A DNA stretch of 42,125 nucleotides, taken from assembly GCA_030616605.1 (NCBI GenBank), contig JAUWWY010000001.1, forward strand, positions 198,251-240,375. Reading direction: 5' to 3'. Below, piece by piece: positions 1 to 7,963 of this stretch; the stretch's first letter is position 1; each line of letters begins with the position of its first letter. The notes under the pieces are model-generated. The model ran no database searches. It saw only the letters and a program-made list of their open reading frames with translations, and was not told the DNA's origin. Source of the DNA: a bacterium. Lineage in GTDB: Bacteria > Patescibacteriota > Minisyncoccia > Minisyncoccales > CG1-02-41-26. Position numbers and translations under genes: made by a program.

Positions 1-1
1 A

Positions 2-1039
2 TCAGACCTTAAGTTGTATTATATTGGGCCCAAAAACAAATACGAGTTGGGACTTTTAGCTCAAGAGGGGGTAAAAGTCAAGAAAATATTAACCGGCAAA
101 CTAAGAAGATATTTTTCTTTAAAAAATTTCTTTGATATTTTTAAAGTTCCTCTTGGAACTCTCCAGGCTCTTTTCTGGCTTTTCTTTTTGGCTCCTAACT
201 TGATTTTCAGTAAAGGGGGATATGGTTCTATTCCAACTGCTTTTGCGGCTAAAATTTTGGCTATCCCGATATTTTTACACGAATCAGACGTGGTTCCTGG
301 CTTGGCTTCAAAAATCGAAAGTAAATGGGCTTTGGAAATCTTCATCTCTTTTCCAAAAACAGAGTTTTTCCCAAAAGATAAAAGAATCTGGGTCGGCAAC
401 CCCATAAGAAGAGAAATTTTAGACGGTTCAAAAGAAAAAGCAAAAGATACTTTTAATCTCCAAGGAGGAAAATCTTTGATTCTAATCTTAGGTGGCTCTC
501 AGGGTGCTCAAATAATAAACGAAACAATTCTTGAGATTTTACCTGAATTAACTGAAAATTTTGAAATAATTCATCAAACTGGAGAAAAAAACTTCAAACG
601 AGTGAAAGCTGAGGGGGAAGCTGTTCTTTTTAAAAAAGATTTAAAAAAATACTATCATCCTTCTCCATTTTTAGATGAATCTTCCCTAAGGGAAGCTTTG
701 GCGGTTTCTGATTTAATAATCTCCCGGGCAGGCTCTGGCTCCATTTTTGAGATAGCGGCTGTCCAAAAACCTGTTATTTTAATACCCTTAGAAAATGCTG
801 CTCAAGATCATCAATCAAAAAATGCTTATCAATTTAAAGAGAGGGGAGGAGGAGAAGTAATTGGACAAAAAAATTTAAGACCTCACTTTCTTTTGGAAAA
901 ATTAAAGCACCTTTTCTTCAGAACCGATATTTTGAAAGAAATGGCAAGAAATTCTGGAGATTTTGCTCGTCCTAAGGCAGCAAAAATAATCGCTTCCTAT
1001 ATTATTGAATATCTTACGGTAGTAATAACCAAAAGATAA
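2..1039 (+). CDS. murG: Undecaprenyl-PP-MurNAc-pentapeptide GlcNAc transferase (5'-partial)
   Basis: Motifs GKLRRY, KGGYGS, HESDVVPG, GNPIR, GGSQGAQ, SRAGSGS and DHQSKNA. The frame is open from position 2 and the N-terminal GGTGGH motif is absent, so the true start lies before the window. Confidence 0.95.
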   Translation, partial: SDLKLYYIGPKNKYELGLLAQEGVKVKKILTGKLRRYFSLKNFFDIFKVPLGTLQALFWLFFLAPNLIFSKGGYGSIPTAFAAKILAIPIFLHESDVVPGLASKIESKWALEIFISFPKTEFFPKDKRIWVGNPIRREILDGSKEKAKDTFNLQGGKSLILILGGSQGAQIINETILEILPELTENFEIIHQTGEKNFKRVKAEGEAVLFKKDLKKYYHPSPFLDESSLREALAVSDLIISRAGSGSIFEIAAVQKPVILIPLENAAQDHQSKNAYQFKERGGGEVIGQKNLRPHFLLEKLKHLFFRTDILKEMARNSGDFARPKAAKIIASYIIEYLTVVITKR

Positions 1040-1041
1040 TT

Positions 1042-2625
1042 ATGATTGAAGAATTAAAATTAATAAGGCCGGGAGAGATTCGAGTCAGAATTGCACCTTC
1101 ACCAACAGGTCCCTTTCATATTGGCCTTGCCCGAACTGCTCTTTTTAATTATCTTTTTGCCCAAAAATATCAGGGGAGCTTTATTCTAAGAATCGAAGAT
1201 ACAAATATTAAAAGGTCAAAAAAAAGATGGGAAAATGAAATTCTTGAAGGATTAAAATGGTTGGGAATTGAATGGCAGGAAGGACCAGATTGTGGTGGCT
1301 CCTATGGACCTTATCGGCAATCAGAAAGAAAAGAAATCTACAAAAAATATATTGAAAAACTGCTAAAAGAAGGGGAAATCTATTATTGTTTTTGTACTCC
1401 TGAGGAACTTGAAGCTCACCGTCAGTATTTAATGAGTATTAGCCAGCCTGTCCGTTATTCCGGAAAATGTAGAGAGCTTTCTGACCAAGAGGTTAAAAGG
1501 AATTTAGCAGGGGGGAAATCTTATGTCTTGAGATTCAAAACACTCTTAAAAAAAGTCAGCTTTAAAGACATGCTCCGGGGAAAAATAGATTGTCAAAGCG
1601 AAATTTTCGGAGATATAGTGGTTGCCAAAGATATTTCAACACCTCTTTATAATTTAGCTTGCGTCATTGACGACTACGAGATGAAAATAACTCATATTAT
1701 TCGAGGAGAAGACCATATTTCAAATACGCCAAAACAAATTTTGTTAGCCGAGGCTTTAAAAATAAAAACACCAAAATATCTTCATTTACCTTTAATTTTA
1801 GATCAAGATAGGGCTAAATTAAGTAAAAGAGATAGAATTAAATCAGTTTTGGAATATAAAAAAGATGGTTTTTTTCCAGAAACAATGATAAACTTCTTAG
1901 CTTTTTTAGGTTGGAATCCGGGAACACAAAAAGAAATCTTTTCACTCAATACCTTGGTTCAAGAATTCTCTCTGGATAAAATTCAAAAATCTGGAGCCGA
2001 ATTTAATCCCCAAAAATTAGACTGGTTAAACGGCTTTTATATCCGTTCTAAATCAATTGAAAAATTAACCGAATTTTGTCTTCCTTATTTAATTGAAAAA
2101 CAATTAATTATTCCTCAATTTAAAACCGAGCAGTATCCACCAGCCTATGGAGCTGAAATAATTATCCAGAAATTTAAGATTAAAGAAACCGGAGAAGAAA
2201 TTTCTCTCAATTATTTGCAAAAAGTTATTGCTTTATACCAAGAAAGATTAAAAAAACTTTCTGAAATTCCAGAATTAATTGATTTCTTTTTCCAAAAAGA
2301 ATTAGACTATTCAAAGGAGCTTTTAAGAGGAATGTCAGACGCCAGACAGCCTGAGATAGTAGAAAAAGAAATAAAAAATAATCTTGACAAAGCAAAAAAA
2401 ACATTACAAAAAATTAAACCAGGAAATTGGAAAAAAGAAAATCTTGAAAAAAGCCTCTTAAAATTAGCTGAAGAGGTTGGAAAAGGGGATAGGGGCAAGG
2501 TTTTGTGGCCCCTGAGAGTCGCTTTGACTGGTAGAGAAGCTTCGGCCGGTCCTTTTGAAATTGCTGAGCTTTTAGGAAAAGAAAAAACTTTAGAAAGGAT
2601 TAAAAAAGCAATTAAGAAATTATGA
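1042..2625 (+). CDS. gltX: Glutamate--tRNA ligase
   Basis: RVRIAPSPTG, HIGH-like HIGL, LRIEDT, CFC...YSGKC zinc motif, IRGEDH, KMSKS-like KLSKR and C-terminal WPLRVALTG. Confidence 0.97.
   Translation: MIEELKLIRPGEIRVRIAPSPTGPFHIGLARTALFNYLFAQKYQGSFILRIEDTNIKRSKKRWENEILEGLKWLGIEWQEGPDCGGSYGPYRQSERKEIYKKYIEKLLKEGEIYYCFCTPEELEAHRQYLMSISQPVRYSGKCRELSDQEVKRNLAGGKSYVLRFKTLLKKVSFKDMLRGKIDCQSEIFGDIVVAKDISTPLYNLACVIDDYEMKITHIIRGEDHISNTPKQILLAEALKIKTPKYLHLPLILDQDRAKLSKRDRIKSVLEYKKDGFFPETMINFLAFLGWNPGTQKEIFSLNTLVQEFSLDKIQKSGAEFNPQKLDWLNGFYIRSKSIEKLTEFCLPYLIEKQLIIPQFKTEQYPPAYGAEIIIQKFKIKETGEEISLNYLQKVIALYQERLKKLSEIPELIDFFFQKELDYSKELLRGMSDARQPEIVEKEIKNNLDKAKKTLQKIKPGNWKKENLEKSLLKLAEEVGKGDRGKVLWPLRVALTGREASAGPFEIAELLGKEKTLERIKKAIKKL
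2333..2348. repeat. Degenerate 16-bp palindrome inside gltX
   Basis: TGTCAGACGCCAGACA is two substitutions from the perfect palindrome TGTCTGACGTCAGACA and lies within the MSDARQ codons. Confidence 0.4.
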
Positions 2626-2969
2626 ACAAATATTTAATATTAATAATCATTTTTCTGATTTGCTTTGGAGCATATAGTTCTCTTATGGCTCAGGATCTTC
2701 CCCAATTAGAGGATTTTTCCCAATTAAAAGAGAAAACAATATTTAAGAAGATAATTGAAATTGCGGAAAATATTCAGCAAAAAGTAGCCAATTGGTGGAA
2801 AGAGAAAGCCCCTCCAAAGATTAAAGACTGGTTGGAAAAAGAAAAATCCCTGATTAAGGAGGAGTTTGAAAAAGAAATGGAAGAGATGAAAGATGATTTA
2901 AAAAATAATGTTTTGAAATTAGTTTCAAAATACTGGCAAAGCTTAAAGGAATTAATTGATTTTCCATAG
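2622..2969 (+). CDS. Hypothetical secreted or membrane-anchored helical protein
   Basis: Signal-peptide-like N-terminus (MNKYLILIIIFLICFGAYSSLMA) and a K/E-rich amphipathic body. ATGA overlap with the gltX stop. Confidence 0.75.
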   Translation: MNKYLILIIIFLICFGAYSSLMAQDLPQLEDFSQLKEKTIFKKIIEIAENIQQKVANWWKEKAPPKIKDWLEKEKSLIKEEFEKEMEEMKDDLKNNVLKLVSKYWQSLKELIDFP

Positions 2970-2986
2970 TAAAACAGCGGGGGAGC

Positions 2987-3029
2987 TTGACAAAGCCCCT
3001 TGATATAATAAAATGAAAGTGAGTATAAT
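2987..3029 (+). promoter_or_regulatory. Candidate sigma70 promoter(s) for the xer pair
   Basis: TTGACA(2987-2992)-16-TAAAAT(3009-3014). An alternative is TTGATA(3000-3005)-18-TATAAT(3024-3029), whose -10 lies inside the inverted repeat. Confidence 0.55.
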
Positions 3030-3047
3030 AACCCTTACACTCACTTT
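3016..3047. other. dif-like recombination/binding site (13-6-13 inverted repeat; 28-bp core 3018-3045)
   Basis: AAAGTGAGTATAA-TAACCC-TTACACTCACTTT; arms are 12/13 complementary around a 6-bp asymmetric spacer. The inner TAA-N6-TTA geometry matches dif sites. It ends 3 nt before a Xer-family ATG. Confidence 0.65.
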
Positions 3048-3050
3048 TAT

Positions 3051-4484
3051 ATGAATCGTTCTTCTAATAAAGCTTTAATTGCTTATATTCCCGAGTTTCT
3101 TGAATATTATAAATCAGAAAGACACTCTTCAATAAAAACCATAGAAAGCTATAAAAGACTTTTAAAACGTTTTGTGATTTGGCTTAAAAGAATTTCTCGC
3201 AAAAATTTATTACCAGAAGAGTTATCTGAAGAAATTATTAAGGAATATAAGAATCATTTATCTAAACAACCAATAAGCAAAATCACTCAAAATCTTTATT
3301 TAACAGGTATCCGGGCTTTACTTTTATATTTTATTGAAAAAGATATCATCTCTTTACATCCTAGTAAAGTAAAACTATTAAAATGCGGAAAATCTATTTC
3401 TAAAGAACCTCTAAGTTCTAATCAATTAGAGAAATTACTTCAAAGTCCGAAAACTTCTACTATTACAGGACTTAGAGATAGGGCTCTTTTAGAAACTTTA
3501 ATTTCTACTGGTTTAAAACTAGAAAAAATAGCAAGTCTTAATCAAGATGAAATAAAACTTAAACCGCACACTAAAACATTAGAATTAAAGATTTCTATAA
3601 ATAAAGGATATCCTTACTATATCACGGTTTATCCTTCAGAAGACGCGATAAATTGGTTAAAAAGATATCTCCAAATACGTACCGATAAATCAAGTGCGCT
3701 ATTCATACGCTATAAAGGGCCAAAGAATGCCCCCCTACGTTTAACTGGACGTTCTATAGAAAATATTGTTAAAAGATATCAAAAAAAAGCTAATTTACCT
3801 TCCTGGCTTACTCCTGAAACCTTACGAGATGCCTACGTTTTCAATCTTTTAAGACGAGAGGATGAAATTAAAATAATTCAAGAAACTCCAACCCATAAAA
3901 GTTTAAGAGTTAATGCTTACAAATTTTCTCCTTCTGAAAATCACTACTTTAAAGAAGATACAAAGATATCTCAATCTCTTCCTTGGCATACTGCTGAAAA
4001 TATTATCAATAAAGAAATCCTATGGCTTAAACAAAATCTCTTAATTTTACCTCAGAGTTATAAACAAAAACAATCATTAATTAATTGTGATGACTGTCTT
4101 TTAAGAAAAATTGCAATTTTAATAGTAGGTGGAAAATTGAAAGCTATAAAATTTAAAGCTAAAGAAGGTAAAGATTTATGGAATGACTTAATAAGAAAAC
4201 AAGAAAATTTACTAAAAATAAGTAAACATGGTGAAGAGTGGCACAGAAATATAATGAATGTAATTTCTATTTATTTTAAAGCAAAAAATTATAAAGTAAT
4301 CATAGAGCCAATTTTAAATTATGGCCGAGCAGATTTAGGAATTTATTCAAACCCTAAAGAAAATCTTTATGTCGAAGTGGGAACAGTCTCTCTATATAAA
4401 CTCTGGTATAACTTTTTGACAATGAAGAACGTTAGCTTCTTACTCGTTCCTTTCGAAGATTACGCAATAGAATTTAGAACTTAA
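3051..4484 (+). CDS. Xer-like tyrosine recombinase with degenerate active site, fused to a C-terminal PD-(D/E)xK-like domain
   Basis: Integrase N-terminal SAM-like domain (EFLEY..TIESY), RDRALLETLISTGLK (box I Arg to Lys), TPETLRD (HxxRH to ETLRD) and PTHKSLRVNAY. About 185 extra residues carry CDDC, HGEEWH and EP..GRADL..YVEVG. Confidence 0.8.
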   Translation: MNRSSNKALIAYIPEFLEYYKSERHSSIKTIESYKRLLKRFVIWLKRISRKNLLPEELSEEIIKEYKNHLSKQPISKITQNLYLTGIRALLLYFIEKDIISLHPSKVKLLKCGKSISKEPLSSNQLEKLLQSPKTSTITGLRDRALLETLISTGLKLEKIASLNQDEIKLKPHTKTLELKISINKGYPYYITVYPSEDAINWLKRYLQIRTDKSSALFIRYKGPKNAPLRLTGRSIENIVKRYQKKANLPSWLTPETLRDAYVFNLLRREDEIKIIQETPTHKSLRVNAYKFSPSENHYFKEDTKISQSLPWHTAENIINKEILWLKQNLLILPQSYKQKQSLINCDDCLLRKIAILIVGGKLKAIKFKAKEGKDLWNDLIRKQENLLKISKHGEEWHRNIMNVISIYFKAKNYKVIIEPILNYGRADLGIYSNPKENLYVEVGTVSLYKLWYNFLTMKNVSFLLVPFEDYAIEFRT

Positions 4485-4490
4485 AAATTT

Positions 4491-5447
4491 ATGGAAAATA
4501 AAAAGAAAAATATACAACTCCCCTGTTTAGATGATTTTCTTTTAAATTTGCAATCTAATAATTATTCCAAAGAAACAATTTATAATTATGAAAGAGATTT
4601 AAATGTTTTTGAAGAATTTTTGAAAGATTTAAATATAAACTTTGATAAAGTAGACAAGAAAACTATTCTAAATTATAAAGCTTACCTAACTTCTCAAGAC
4701 AGAAAAACTCCAAAATCAGAAACCGGATTAAAAAAACTAAGCAGTTTCTCCATAAACAGAATGTTATCTTCGCTTCGTTCGTATTTAAAATTTTTAATAG
4801 ATATGGATTATAAAAGTCCGATTTCTCCAGATACAGTGAAACTGGTAAAAACTGAAAGAAAAAATCCTCGAATTTCTGAATTTAAAGAAATAGTAAAGAT
4901 AATTGAATCTCCAATGCAATTTGAGAAAAATGAGAGGATTGCTTTAAGAAACCGGGCAATGTTTGAAATATTATTTTCTACCGGTGTAAGAATTTCTGAA
5001 CTTATAAATATTAAAAGTAGTGATATTGATAAAACCGGACGAATATTTATTATGGGCAAGGGTAAAAAAGAAAGATTTGCTTATTTAACGTCAAGAGCTA
5101 AAAAACATTTAAAAAATTATTTGGAAGTTCGCGAAGAAATAGATTCTCCTTATCTTTTTATCCCTTATCGCGGAAAGAATATTCATATTAAAAATAAAAA
5201 AATTTCTCCTAATTATTTACAAGAGAAAATTAAAAAATACCGGGAATTACTAGGAATTAACCTCCCTATTTCTTGTCATTCCATCCGCCATGCATTTGCA
5301 ACTTATTTAGCGGAAAGCGGCGCAAATCCAGCCGCAATTCAAATTCTTCTGGGCCATGAATCTTTAGATACAACTACTCGCTATGTCCACGCTTCTGACC
5401 GTTATGCTGAAAGAATTCATCGTAAATATCATCCATTAAAAGAATAA
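4491..5447 (+). CDS. xerC: XerC/XerD/XerA-family tyrosine recombinase, catalytically intact
   Basis: All catalytic residues present: R167 (TGVRISE), K190 (GKG), H263/R266 (HSIRH), H289 (LLGH) and Y298 (TTRY). The C versus D subtype cannot be resolved by eye. Confidence 0.9.
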   Translation: MENKKKNIQLPCLDDFLLNLQSNNYSKETIYNYERDLNVFEEFLKDLNINFDKVDKKTILNYKAYLTSQDRKTPKSETGLKKLSSFSINRMLSSLRSYLKFLIDMDYKSPISPDTVKLVKTERKNPRISEFKEIVKIIESPMQFEKNERIALRNRAMFEILFSTGVRISELINIKSSDIDKTGRIFIMGKGKKERFAYLTSRAKKHLKNYLEVREEIDSPYLFIPYRGKNIHIKNKKISPNYLQEKIKKYRELLGINLPISCHSIRHAFATYLAESGANPAAIQILLGHESLDTTTRYVHASDRYAERIHRKYHPLKE

Positions 5448-5510
5448 ACTCAATCACCTATCTCTACGTTCTCAATCTCTAAGGGAGTCTTTTGAAGGTA
5501 AGATTGAGTT
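5447..5510. repeat. Imperfect inverted repeat directly after the second xer gene
   Basis: AACTCAATC(5447-5455)+ACCT pairs with AGGT+AA+GATTGAGTT(5502-5510). A second CTCAATCT copy lies at 5471-5478. Confidence 0.5.
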
Positions 5511-5585
5511 AAGATACCAGCTCCAAAAGCAAATAAAGATAAAAGAAAAATTACCAAAAATAATAAGATATTGTCTGAATAGGAC

Positions 5586-5614
5586 TTGAAAAATCGTTTG
5601 AAATTTGATAAGAT
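5586..5614 (+). promoter_or_regulatory. Candidate sigma70 promoter of rpmA
   Basis: TTGAAA-17-TAAGAT with a TG extension, 18 nt upstream of the ATG. Confidence 0.5.
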
Positions 5615-5632
5615 ATTCATACTGTAAAAATT

Positions 5633-5911
5633 ATGGCAAAGACTAAATCAGTAGGTGCAACAAAACTGGGAAGAGATTCTCGGCCAAAATACTTAGGAAT
5701 TAAGATTTCCGACGGTCAATCGGTAAAATCGGGAATGATTATAATCCGTCAAAGAGGGGCAAAATTTTTAGCTGGAAAAAATGTTGGCTGCGGAAAAGAT
5801 TATACTCTCTTTGCTCTAAAACCCGGAATTGTCAGATTTAAAACAAAAAGAAAAAGAAAATTTGACGGTCTCCAAAGAATAACCAAAGTTATAAGTGTAG
5901 AAGCTTCTTAG
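5633..5911 (+). CDS. rpmA: 50S ribosomal protein L27
   Basis: MAKTKS.G.TKLGRDS.PKYLG.K, IIIRQRG and GKDYTLFA. Confidence 0.97.
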   Translation: MAKTKSVGATKLGRDSRPKYLGIKISDGQSVKSGMIIIRQRGAKFLAGKNVGCGKDYTLFALKPGIVRFKTKRKRKFDGLQRITKVISVEAS

Positions 5912-7500
5912 CGGCTCTTTAGAGCCGCTTTTAAAAACTCCTTAAACAAAGGATGAGGATTGAGGAATCTTGATTTAAACTCTGGATAAAATTGAGTAGC
6001 AACAAAAAAGGGATGTTTTTTTATTTCAACAATTTCAACCAAATCCCTTTTAGGATTAATCCCAGCCATTACTAAACCCTTTTCTTCTAAAACCTTACGA
6101 AATTTGTTGTTCATTTCATAACAATGGCGGTGACGCTCAGAAATAAGAGGAACAGCATAGGCTCTGCGGCTTATGGTTCCAGAAGCTAATTTACAAGAAT
6201 AAGCGCCCAATCTCATTGTTTTGCCTAGTATTACATCTATTACTGGCACTTGGCAATTCTTGGAAAATTCAGTAGAATTTGCCTTTTTGAGCTTACAAAC
6301 ATTTCTGGCAAATTCAACCACAGCCAGCTGCATTCCTAAACAAAGTCCCAAAAACGGGATTTTTTCTTTTCGACAAAATTCAATAGCTCTTATTTTCCCT
6401 TCCACTCCCCTATTCCCAGATCCTCCTGTCACAATTATTCCATCAAATTTTTTAAGTTCTTTAATCTTACGAGAAGGAATTTCATAATCTTTAGCATCAA
6501 GCCAAGTAATTTTAGGTTGAGCTTTGAAAAAATAACTAGCATGTTTTATTGCTTCAATCATTGAAAGATAACAATCAGTTAAAGCAGTGGATTCTGACTT
6601 AATATATTTTTCAACCACCGCAATTTTAACTTCCTTCTTATTATCCCTTACTACGTTTCTAAATATTTTTTTCCAATTCCTCAAATCACTTTTTCTGGCT
6701 CTCAAGCCAAATTTCTTTAAAATCTGGTTGCCTAAATTTTCCTTTTCGAAATTTAGCGGTATTTCGTAAATTGAATTAATATCAGGGGCAGAAATAACAT
6801 CTTTTTCTGAAACATTACAAAAAATAGAGATTTTCTTTTTTCTTGGTTCATCAAGGGGAATCTTTGATCTGGCAATTATTATATCCGGTTGAATTCCGGA
6901 GCTATTTAAGGTCCTTACTGCATACTGAGTAGGTTTTGTTTTCATCTCTCCTATTATATCAGGAACAGGTAAATAACTTACTAAAACAAAAACGACGTCT
7001 TTTGGATGACGAAGTTTTAACATTCTGGCTGCCTCTAAAAATAAAAGGTTTTGATACTCCCCTACTGTCCCGCCAATTTCAATTAAAATAAAATCGGTTT
7101 TGGTTTTTCTTTCAAGTTTTTTAATTCTCCGAATCACCTCCTCTGGAATATGGGGAACAACTTCAACGCATTTGCCGTCATATTCTAAATTTCTCTCTTT
7201 TTCAATTACTGTTTGATAAACCCTGCCGGTAGTCATATAATTATCACTCGTTAAATCTATATCTAAAAATCTTTCATAATTCCCCATATCTTGATCGCAT
7301 TGGTCACCATCTTTAGTTACAAAAACTTCTCCATGAACCGGAAGATCCATTGTTCCGGCATCAACATTGACATAGGGGTCAATTTTCATTGCTTGAACAT
7401 CAAACCCTTTACTCTTTAGAATTCTGCCAATTGAAGCATTTGTCACTCCCTTACCAATACCAGACATTACCCCACCAATAACAAAAATATAACGTGCCAT
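5908..7500 (-). CDS. pyrG: CTP synthase with an atypical glutaminase domain
   Basis: [42 protein letters not shown] and GLCLGMQ. The C-terminus reads QFYPEF instead of QFHPEF. Confidence 0.95.
   Translation of the reverse strand: MARYIFVIGGVMSGIGKGVTNASIGRILKSKGFDVQAMKIDPYVNVDAGTMDLPVHGEVFVTKDGDQCDQDMGNYERFLDIDLTSDNYMTTGRVYQTVIEKERNLEYDGKCVEVVPHIPEEVIRRIKKLERKTKTDFILIEIGGTVGEYQNLLFLEAARMLKLRHPKDVVFVLVSYLPVPDIIGEMKTKPTQYAVRTLNSSGIQPDIIIARSKIPLDEPRKKKISIFCNVSEKDVISAPDINSIYEIPLNFEKENLGNQILKKFGLRARKSDLRNWKKIFRNVVRDNKKEVKIAVVEKYIKSESTALTDCYLSMIEAIKHASYFFKAQPKITWLDAKDYEIPSRKIKELKKFDGIIVTGGSGNRGVEGKIRAIEFCRKEKIPFLGLCLGMQLAVVEFARNVCKLKKANSTEFSKNCQVPVIDVILGKTMRLGAYSCKLASGTISRRAYAVPLISERHRHCYEMNNKFRKVLEEKGLVMAGINPKRDLVEIVEIKKHPFFVATQFYPEFKSRFLNPHPLFKEFLKAALKSR
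5910..5932 (+). terminator. Intrinsic terminator for rpmA embedded in the last codons of pyrG
   Basis: GCGGCTC-TTTA-GAGCCGC followed by TTTT, starting at the rpmA stop codon. Confidence 0.6.
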
Positions 7501-7504
7501 ATAG

Positions 7505-7951
7505 TTACTTCTCTTCGGTTACTATTACCTTTATCTCGGCTTCTAAATTGTGGTTGAATTTAATTTTAATCGGAAACTCTCCCAATTCTTCAATTAGGTT
7601 TTCCAATCCAATCTGATCTTTTTTAATATCATAACCTATTTCTTTTAATTTTTTAGAAATTTTTTGGGCTGTGATTTTCTCAAAAAGCTGGTCCTTGTCC
7701 CCTACTTTGACCCCAATCTCAAGTTCAAGCCCGTCAATTTGAGATGCTAATTTTCCTGTTTCTTTCAGTTCTTCTTTTGACTTTTCATCTTCAACTTCTT
7801 GTGTTTTTTTTAGCCATTCTAAAACCTCCGGGGTTACTTTTTTAGCCAAATTCTGAGGAATCAAATAATTTCTGGCATAACCTGAAGCCACTTCTTTTAT
7901 TTCATATTTCTTACCCAAATTTTCAATGTCTTTTAAAAGGATTACTTTCAT
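7505..7951 (-). CDS. rplI: 50S ribosomal protein L9
   Basis: [31 protein letters not shown]; 148 aa. Confidence 0.97.
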   Translation of the reverse strand: MKVILLKDIENLGKKYEIKEVASGYARNYLIPQNLAKKVTPEVLEWLKKTQEVEDEKSKEELKETGKLASQIDGLELEIGVKVGDKDQLFEKITAQKISKKLKEIGYDIKKDQIGLENLIEELGEFPIKIKFNHNLEAEIKVIVTEEK

Positions 7952-7963
7952 GGTTTTATTTTC

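Noticed and set aside
3051..5447. Xer pair as a prophage, integrative element or RIT element
   Set aside because: No flanking direct repeats, second att/dif copy, tRNA target or cargo genes were seen, the neighbours are housekeeping genes, and RIT elements have three recombinases.
5443..5514. Integron attC site after the recombinase
   Set aside because: The ends (AATAAAC / GTTAAGA) do not fit RYYYAAC / GTTRRRY, there is only one copy, and no IntI-type insertion is apparent in the recombinase.
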